DNA from: Macrostomum lignano
Taxonomy: Eukaryota
NCBI GenBank assembly: GCA_002269645.1
Contig: NIVC01003169.1
Coordinates: 1-41,333 of the forward strand
DNA length: 41,333 nt
Direction: 5' to 3'
The notes under the pieces were generated by a model. It had not been told where the DNA came from. It was given only the letters and a program-made list of their open reading frames with translations, and made no database searches. A program made the translations under genes and the position numbers. Shown here piece by piece: positions 32,460-41,333 of the stretch (position 1 is the stretch's first letter; each line of letters starts with the position of its first letter).

Positions 32460-34634
32460 TTACACAAATGTCCCCTTCTCGCTGTTGGGCTCTCCGGTGG
32501 CGGATAGAATCGGGTCGGCGTAGTCATTGTCGCGGATGGGCCTGGAATTCTTCGCGCTGGGACTGGCGCGATAGCTGTCCCACAGTTGCTTCACAACGTC
32601 GCTCACGACCGGGTCGCCGGCATTTTTGCTGATTATTCGTAGCACAAATGCGCCGTCAGCGCGCAGGTGCTCCTCCAGGAAGTCTCGGAGCATTCGGCGC
32701 TCCTGCTGGTCAGCCGGGGTGATGTACTTTTTAATGGTGGCGTATCGTCGCTTGGATAGCACGGTCCACAGGAACCAGGCGATTGCGTCCACAATGGTGA
32801 TGATAGACACGAAGACGAACAGAAACCAAAGAAATATGTACGCCTATCGTGTAATTGGCAGGTGGCTAGTATTAGACTAGGACACACATGAGAAGTTATG
32901 GCTACTGATTTCACGTTGATTAAACCCTTGATTAATTCTTCATATCGGCTATCGTATTTTTTAACACCCTGTACTCTATGTAAAAACCTTTTATCCAAGG
33001 CTCACCTTTTCGTTAAATAGGTTGACAACAAGAACGCATTGCAGGGTCCTCGGGTGCATATTTCCAAGCACTCGAATGTCAAAGTCGCACAGAGTTACTC
33101 TAGGAAAGTGCCCAGTGTGGTGCCAGTCGCGATTGTTGATCAGATCATTCAGCACCTCCCACCCGTAGAACTTGTAGTCCGTGCCAAGGAAGCTGTTGAG
33201 CAGGAAGAACTGGCCCACGACATTGGCGATAAACAGCAGCTTGATGCCGAGGTACATCATGGTGAGATAGTTGCCTGTCTTCGTGTAGCCGCAGAACAAG
33301 ATGCGGAATATGAGTCGCTTCGTGCGCACAATAAGACCGTACTTCTGAGTGCGTTGCTTCACTATGGTGAGCTCGATGTGTCGCGTCAGCAAAGCAACTT
33401 TCTCCTGACGTTTCTGCTCATCATCCTCAAGGCAGTTTAAAGCGGTGGAAACCAGGTCGCTGATGTGAATTCCTGTGCAGTGGGTTGAAATATTGAGAGT
33501 TATAGCGCGAGTTTATAGCTCAGTCGCTAGCATGCACATATTAGGTTATCTAGGCCCTACCTATGTGAATGTTCATGTCTGAATTTGGCTTCCAAGACTC
33601 TTCTATGAGCGTAATTGTCGGCTTTTACACTGAAGTACATATACCGGATGCTACAACTTACCGACCTGTAACTTTGTCACTAATTTTTTTACCCTAAATA
33701 GTACGAATACACACGGTAATAGTAAATATTTATTAGTTTGAGTGGTTGTTCCAGCAATAATATTAATAATAATTAATTACACCTGTCCCAATTGGGCCAA
33801 ATGTGCAGCCGACAGCTCAGCCGCAGCTATTGCGCGGCGCATCTGAAAACTGCCTACGGCTGTTCAGTCCAAGGACTGGGGGGTCACCACACACAGCCTC
33901 AATTACCACAGCTAATGCTGGTATCCATTTTACAGCTGGGTGAACTGAAGCAATGCAGAGTTAAGTGTCTTGCTTAAGGACACAAATTGTCCCAGTGGGA
34001 TCAAGAATCGAACCAATGACCTTCAAGTCGTGAGTCCGACGCTCTAACCACTAGGCTACAACCCCTTCAATCCAGCTGGCTACAATCCAGCAATAGAAAC
34101 AAGCAGTCATAGAGAGCGCGAGTTGTTTATGAGAAAAGCACACAAGCCATCTGTTCATTAGAATCCTGAACATTAACCAACGCATATTCTGGTCTGTATA
34201 ACCGACATGAACCTGTAATCGAGTTAGTCACCTGACTGCCAGTTCAGCAGCTTCCAAATCGCACTAGGCAAGTAGAACAGCAAAGCCTGCAGAGCCAGCA
34301 CAAACGGCACCCACTGGTAGTAGGTAAGCTCTTCTCTGCTCCGATCCAGTTTGTCGCTTGGAATCGACTCGTTCTCTGGCACATAGTAGGTGTTCTTCAC
34401 CCAGCAGTAGTTCTCGGCGAATTGCTCCCAGCCGTCCTTGAATTCGGGCGGGATCCAGCACTGAACCGGATCTCCAACCAGGTACATTTTCGTGCCGATT
34501 ATGGTCGAAATGAAGATTATAATAATCGGCGTATAGTACGAATTGATTCGGTCGACGGCATCCTCGTCGGAAATCCGGTGCTTGCGGCTGGTGAACTTCA
34601 GCTCCTTCACCTTGTCAAAGAACCCCGTATCCAT
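32460..34634 (-). CDS. inx: Innexin, 417 aa, 3 exons
   Basis: Exons 34634-34232, 33472-33006, 32843-32460 (1254 nt in frame, GT-AG). DEDAVDR, VQCWIP, ENYCWV, YYQWVP, FPRVTLCDF, QCVLVVNLFNEK|AYIFLWF, HLRADGAFVLR. Confidence 0.96.
33757..34065 (-). mobile_element. tRNA-derived CORE-type SINE, copy 4 (in innexin intron 1)
   Basis: Reverse-complement match to copy 1. Confidence 0.85.
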
Positions 34635-37122
34635 TTTCGATCAGAATTACCCCTGACCTGACGCAGTTGCTCTGCTGTTGACGCCCTCTGCAGTTGCTCA
34701 CCAGCTCTACAGGTCCACACGTGCTCCAGAAACTTAACTAGCAAGTATACTAGTTGCTCAGGAGTTCTCCTCAATTTAGGCAACAAAATGAAAAGCAATC
34801 TGCTGATAAGAGCAGGCCTTTGGCATGTGAAATTCTCTGGAACTCCCTATCTGAATTTCTTTTTCTTTTCAAGTCCTCCAGCTGAGGCGCAGGCGCATGA
34901 GCCTGCGACAGCTGCTCTTGCATTCGCTGAGATAGCGGGAGTGAAGACAGGCGCACACAGCGCAGACAGCGAATCAATTCCTTGGAAGAGAGACAACAGA
35001 AATGAAGCCTTCACGAATTTTCTTTCTTTCACTAAACGTACTCAAAAAATTTGAAGGCGTTAGGCTATCCATACAGTCAAAGCATTTTCCGAGGCGTTGT
35101 GAGCAAGAATAATATGGCAGACATCGATAAAGCTTGATAAAGGAAATTAATTCAACGCGACTTCTGTCAAAAAGATTAGGTGAACCTGCTGACAGGCTGC
35201 ATTCAGACCTTCATTAGACCTTTAATTTGAAACGCCACGTTTCTCTGGCAGCAGTCACTGCCTGAGCCTAGGGGCGGCTGAGCATTTTAGTGAGTTTATT
35301 TTAGCCGTGAATATTAGCCGTGAATATGACTCATTCGCGACACGCAGCCGCTTTTTGGTTGGGGTGGTCGGATTTTCCCATAAGCGCCAGTGCATTCAGT
35401 ATGCAAGGCAAAGCCTTCAAATTTCATGGGCATCGGCCATCACCCAGACGGAGTCATCAGGTTTTACTATGTTTCTGGAATTCTGGTACTGAGTAGTGTA
35501 TTTGAAGTGTTACAAACTTTTTCTGGAGGCTACTCTACAGACTCAGTCAGTAGTAGGTTGCCAGTTATCCTCGTCACAACTCAAAGGGTCTCAAGAAGAG
35601 TGTCTCCAAAACTGTTTGAGCTCCAGGGTAAAATGATGAGGAGCTATAAGGGGAATGCATGTCGCCTCAATCGAATCTTTGATTGCTTTTGGACCAATTT
35701 TCTTTGCGGTAGGAGGCTTTCAGTTTTCGCTTTTACGACTAATTTCTTACTCATTAATAGATAAAAACTAACTTTGTTAGAACTCGTCAGCATTCATTAT
35801 ATTTGCTGTTTATGTGTGAAAAAACACAGAAGTCGTTAAATGGTTAGAGCTCGTCTTTCTGTACCATGAAAATAATTTTTTTAATTTTTAGCAAATGTAG
35901 ATTTTCTGAAAGCTCCCTTCACTCAAAGGCCTGAAAACTGGCTAACTGCTCTAAGAAAGAAACTAGACTTCTCAAACTTTACCGTGCGCCAAATTTGCAG
36001 TGTTTTGCCTAGACTTATCTGTACAACTTTGCAGCTAGTCAGAGAGCTAGGAGACAAAATGCCTGACATTCGTATAAAGACAATACCAAAGTCATTGTTA
36101 TTATTAGATAAAGCTATGGGCAAAGAAGTTCTCCAAGTTAGTTTTGTATATATTTGAAAATAGAGCGCGTAGTGTTAAGTGGAAGTACTTGCACAACGGT
36201 CAGAGTGGTTTCTGTGCTGCTGTCATTTGAGTTCAATTCTGCTACTTTTCAAGCCAACACTGCTCTCTTTGTATGGTTGCAGAAGCGGTTAGAATATAGT
36301 TCTCAGTCGCAAATGCACACAAAAATATTTGAAATCTGTCTTTTCATATTAATAATACAGTAACATGCAGATCCTGACGAAAACACAACAACATTTAATA
36401 GCAATTTGAACAAATCAGATAAAAAAGTCAGAAAAATAAATAACATAACTCTGGAGTACAAAAAACTCATTTAATAAATATGAGTACATGGGGACAGAAA
36501 TCCATAGCAAAAACATATAAGGTCAGTTAGTGATGCACACCTAAAAGAATAAATGAATGAAGGATGCCAGTAACATTTGCAGTTAATGCCAACGCGTACA
36601 CATCAATAAAATTTTCATAATCCGAATCGCGATCGATATTGAAAAAAGGTCATAATGCTGACAACTTATTCTTAGCATCCAGTCATAAACTTCGAAGGCA
36701 GTTTAATTTTTCAATCTAATCACTCAGGCCTGATCCAAAGATCATATATACACATGATGTAATAGAAGCCAATGCGAGAAATTCCTCAAGTCACGACAGC
36801 GCTAAAATCAACTACTGAACTCAAATTCGTCAGTAGTCTCTGCAGTGCATGCATCATTCGTATTTTGATTGAGTAGGTTTATATTTAATTCATTAAAAAG
36901 TTATATATATCACATTCTAAAAATGTCCCTATGAGCTGTTGAACTAAGCAAACCCATGTCGTGCTTTTTTCGCACAAGTGACGAAAAACAGCGGTTGCGC
37001 TTTCCGTATTGCCTATCTAGGGAATATAAAATCTACGGCCTGATCTAAGACTCAAAGACATAAATTCTACACGACTTAGCTTGGGCTGCGTTACTCAAGC
37101 CTGAGTTCATAGATAAAAAGTT

Positions 37123-40100
37123 CTAGGTGTTCAGCTGGCACAGGGCGCAGACACCCCGGTTAATCCAGTGAGTGGCTTCTCTGTCTGTCGGCAGGTCGAT
37201 GCACAAGACGAAGTTGGTCGAATGTCCCGTGGTTGACAAGACGCCGCGTCGAATGAGGGTCTTGTATACTGAAATTAATTTGTTTGGCGCATTTTTTAAA
37301 TCAAATGGTGTCATGTTGCTTTGTGTGATGGAAAGTAGAGAGCCAACCAGTGCAACTATGCCACGATCGGAGCAAGATCTGAAGTCATGGAATCTCCAAT
37401 CTAGCTCGTATTATTGAGGGAGATTGAAGAGCCAATCAGAAGGCAGAGAGAGAGAGAATAACAAGACTGAACTGGACAGTCGGGGGGATAGAGAAAACAG
37501 AGAGTAAACAGATCCAAGTGCAGATGAACTAAAAATGACTAATAAAGTATCGAAAACAGTCCATTAAGGCGTGAACTATTTTCATTGAGATTCATTGAGA
37601 GTTCATTGAGTTCTACAGAAAGATTACTCCCTGTCTTCCACGATCTTTTCTTCCTTCAATCTTCGCAGTCATAATAGGGCCAAACAACTCCAGCTGTCGT
37701 CTTCAAATGTTCGCCATCAACTTCCTTCTCCAACCAGCTCTTAGCAGAACACCTTCATTTTGTGAATTCTAAACTTCGTCTTCATATTAAGTTTCCCATT
37801 TTTCAGGATTTTATTCATTCCTTTGAAATGCATCCTTTACCATGCTGATTCTTCGTATGAAAGACTTGAAAAACTAAGAGCTTAAATAACGAATCGAAGG
37901 TATAACAGGATAACAGATACAGCATAAATCTCACCAGGACAAGAGTAGGTGCTCGCAGATGCACTGCTTGCAGAGCTGGACTCCGCCTTCTTCACTGGCA
38001 TGAACAATATAACTGGCAGCTCAGCAAACAATATCTTAGGGTGGGACTCGGCCAACGAGTGTGACTCGCTGCACCATCTGGCGCCTTCCAGGAACAAGCC
38101 TTTTACGTAGGCTCCAGCGGGCTAGAATGGTTTAGTTACAATTGACTGTTGAATATCACCATACTATCTAGATGGATGTGGCGGATAGAACATTATAGCT
38201 TCTTATTCCACAAGCACTTTTACGTACTTCATTTATAAAAAAGTATTGGCTTAGAGTCTTACTGAAAGTAGCATTTATGTATTCTCCAAAATAATAAAAA
38301 TAGAAATCTTTCAAAAGTTTTCCTAGAAAACACGATCAACCAGAAGTCGAGGCATGCTTCAGAACAGGGGCTGGCAAACTTGTATCTCAAGGGGCCAGAT
38401 AAAGAACCTAAATCATTGCTGCGGGCCAGATAAGAGAGGAAGATGAAATAGAGGAGAGAGAAGGGGATAGAGAATATGAGAGGCGAGAGGCGAGATGAGA
38501 GATGCAATGAGAGAATAGATGAGAGAGAAGATAAGAGGAGATAATAGAGGAAAGGAGAGGAGAGGAGGATGTGAGGAGAGGAGAGAAAAGAGAGAAGATG
38601 GGAGATAGGAGAGAACTGAGAAGAGAGATGAGAAGACAAAAGCTGTGAGGGGGCCGGATTGTTATTGTGAAGTTCCAAAGGACCCCTGGGCCGGATAGAG
38701 AGGCTTTGCGGGTTTCATGTGGCCTGCGGACCGGAGTTTGCCGACCCTGCTTTAGAAGAAATTTCGAACAAAATCAAATGTATCCAGAAGCAGTAAAAGC
38801 TCGGATAATTCATTACCGGAGGCTCAATTGAGTCCTCGTGAGGTCCGAATTTCGTCACCAGGAAGTTCAGAGTCAGGTGGTCGATCGGTATCTGTTTTGT
38901 ACGCGCAAAGTTCTGCAGCACTCCGGATAGGAAGGATTGGGTGAAGTAGAAACCGCTGATCCAGAACACGGACGGAGTACCAGAGTCGATCCAGTTCTAT
39001 AAGAGTTTTTCGCGATCGGATATCTTATCAGACTGAGATGCATCTTCGGATGGTGAAAAGCTATACGCAAAACGGAACACAAAAACCCAATTGATTTTTA
39101 CTGACTAGAAGATAACGAACAAACCTGAAGGAATGTTATCCTGTGCAGCAAATCGGTGATGTAGCTACCCAGAGGCTTGAGTGAGGGATAGCTCTTTTCA
39201 AGCCACATCTGTGGTATCTTGCCGAGTGTCATGCTGTCGAAGACCTCTTCTAATTCCGCGGACAGAATGATCAGGCCTTTCATGGCCTTCAGGAGAGCCT
39301 TCAGCGATTCGGTTATCACGTTAATCAGAACGTTGAACCGGATTAGCTCCTGGATTAGCACAGTGTTCATGCTCTCCTCGTACAGAACTGGGTGTTTCAG
39401 CTAAAAGAGAATTCGGAGTGAAAAATGCTTCAATTGCTGACTTGACATCGCGTTCAGGAATGAAGCACGGATTTTGATCTTCTTCTCACCTGTGCATCGT
39501 CTACATCGAATGCGCCGGGCAGTTTGGCGAGAATCTCTGAGCTGATCTCTTCAATGAGCTGCTGACTGTCTGAGGCGCCAGCAACCTCGCGAGGCAGCGT
39601 TTTGAGAATCTGGTTGAATAACAGACTGGTCTCATTCTGCTCCTTTGTTATGTCAGCGTTGTCGTGAAGTCCGAATATCTGAAAAATATCATTAGCAATC
39701 ATAATTAAGTTATGCAGAAATTACAAAGCTTGTTAAATTTTGGTCAGAAGACATTAGGCATCGCCCAGTACCCACTAATTATCTGCGCAAGGATTTTTGT
39801 GTTTAGGACATGGGTCGGCAAACTGCGGCCCTCGAAGCCTCTCTATCCGGCCCTCGGGTCCTTTGAATCCTCACAATAGCAATCTGGCCAGCTTTAAGGT
39901 TTTTGTCTTTTCTCCGCTCTCTGTCTCTCTTCTCTCATCTCTTCTTTCGATCTCCTTTCCCTCTCTTCTCTCTCCCCTTTTCTCTCATCTCTAATCATCT
40001 TCTATTCCCTCTTTTCTATTCTCGTCTGGTCTGGCCGGCAGCCATGAGCTGGATTCTCTACCTGGCCCTTGAGGTAATAAAAGTTTGCCAACCCCTTGTT

Positions 40101-41333
40101 TTATGCATTCCATGCATTCCATGCGTGCGAGTACATACTCATAAATTTAGTTTAAGCCCCAAAGCGTGGCTGACGTTCAAGTTCCAACTACTCGTAAACC
40201 GAATAGTGGCTAGAGCATTAAAATTTGGCTTCAACTAGAACTCAATCAGGTTTTTGCCTACCTCAGGCCTAGGATTCATAGGCAGCCTCTTGATGTGCTC
40301 TATACAGGCGTCAAACTCCGTACTGACAGGCAGTCCGTACAGTCCGCTATCGGTGAACTTGTACTCAGCATCGCTGAGTAGCTGGTGATTGTAGAACTTG
40401 CCCAGCAGGCTCATGATCAGGCGCCTGTCCATGCTGTCCGACACTCGACCGCCGTAGTTGCACTCGCCCGCAAGGTAGGACAGAGCGTCCAGCGGTGGCT
40501 CGGCGTAGTCGCACACGAACATCTGAGGCGGCAGCGGTAAATTGAAAATAGCTACGTTCATGGGAAATGCTTGCGCGGAAAATACAAATAATTCATATGG
40601 ACTGCTGGTACCGTGTAACTGGATGGAATGAAGAGAGGGAGGAATTCTTCAAGGGAAAAGGAAGGGAAGCGAAATAACAAAGAAAATTCGGAAGGATAAA
40701 AGAAGGAAAGGAGGGAGGGTAGAAGGTTAGAGACCCATTCGCTGTCTCTGCGCTTTTTCACTAATCTTTTTGAGTCACGAGTTTTTATGCTTCAAGTCTT
40801 TAAAATTTTACTGTACGAGTAGTAATAATATTAATAATTATAATTATAATAATAATTGACTGCATCTGCACCAATTGGGTCATACGATCAACCGACAGCT
40901 CAGCCGCAGTTATTTCGCGGCGCCTCTGAAGGGCGTACATCCCATGTTCAGTCCATGACTGGGAGGTCGCCACACAAGCCTTCAATTGCCCCAGCTAATG
41001 CTGGCACCCATTTTACAGCTGGGTGAAATCAAGCAATGCAGAGTTAAGTGTATCTTGCTCAAGGACACAAATTGTTCCAGTGGGATCGGGAATCGAACCC
41101 CAGACCTTCAAGTCGTGAGTCCGACGCTCAAACCACTAGGCTACAACCCCCCTATACGGGGGTTACGAGTAGTAAGAGAGGTAATTACTTCCAGTTAATG
41201 CTCACATGCAACTGCCTGCAAGATATCTGCAAGTCGGAGTCGTTGAATTCGTACGGTATGTTCCATCCGAGCGGGCCGTACTTGCGCCTCTCTTGGATGA
41301 GCGCGTGAAAGAAGCACAGGCCGAAGAGCAGTT
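37123..41333 (-). CDS. DNAH3: Axonemal inner-arm dynein heavy chain, 3' part (DNAH3/7/12 group, most DNAH3-like by recalled motifs); 5' end lies outside the window
   Basis: Exons 41333-41206, 40522-40262, 39678-39490, 39400-39125, 38996-38817, 38121-37935, 37268-37123; all GT-AG and phase-consistent. [107 protein letters not shown]...HWINRGV. The exact orthologue is uncertain. Confidence 0.93.
37613..37860 (-). mobile_element. RTE-clade non-LTR ORF C-terminal remnant in the last dynein intron
   Basis: [48 protein letters not shown] across shifted frames with internal deletions. Confidence 0.65.
38365..38749. mobile_element. hAT (Charlie-like) MITE with an internal GA-rich tract
   Basis: Ends CAGGGGCTGGCAAAC / GTTTGCCGACCCTG; 8-bp flanks CTTCAGAA (38357) and CTTTAGAA (38750). 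Confidence 0.8.
39809..40098. mobile_element. Second copy of the same hAT MITE family, inverted relative to 38365-38749
   Basis: Ends CATGGGTCGGCAAAC / GTTTGCCAACCCCTTG; subterminal segments match the other copy in reverse complement; CT-rich core. Confidence 0.75.
40822..41150 (-). mobile_element. tRNA-derived CORE-type SINE, copy 5 (in a dynein intron)
   Basis: Reverse-complement match to copy 1 with a long ATT tail. Confidence 0.85.

Overview
Repeat-rich eukaryotic (invertebrate animal) genomic DNA with GT-AG introns. The gene set and style would fit a ciliated lophotrochozoan such as a flatworm, but that is an inference. Five spliced genes can be built by hand: two convergent innexins (15267-17368 +, 32460-34634 -); a 168-aa type I membrane protein missed by the ORF track (22755-23726 +); a core-1 beta-1,3-galactosyltransferase (GT31) homologue whose DxD motif is replaced by RSK (27824-31137 +); and the 3' end of an axonemal inner-arm dynein heavy chain (37123-41333 -, partial). 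The rest is mobile and repetitive DNA: five tRNA-headed CORE-type SINE copies, Tc1/IS630 remnants, hAT-like MITEs with 8-bp target duplications, an internally deleted Crypton-type tyrosine-recombinase element, a chimeric RNase H non-LTR remnant, an RTE fragment, long palindromes and several minisatellites. The best leads are (i) an 8-bp CCATAGAC/GTCTATGG motif that brackets the Crypton remnant and recurs in palindromes, a mini-element and a 52-bp array, (ii) the Cosmc-like dead galactosyltransferase, (iii) the orphan PPxY membrane protein and (iv) extracellular N-glycosylation sequons in both innexins. All homology calls are by recalled motifs; no database search was run.
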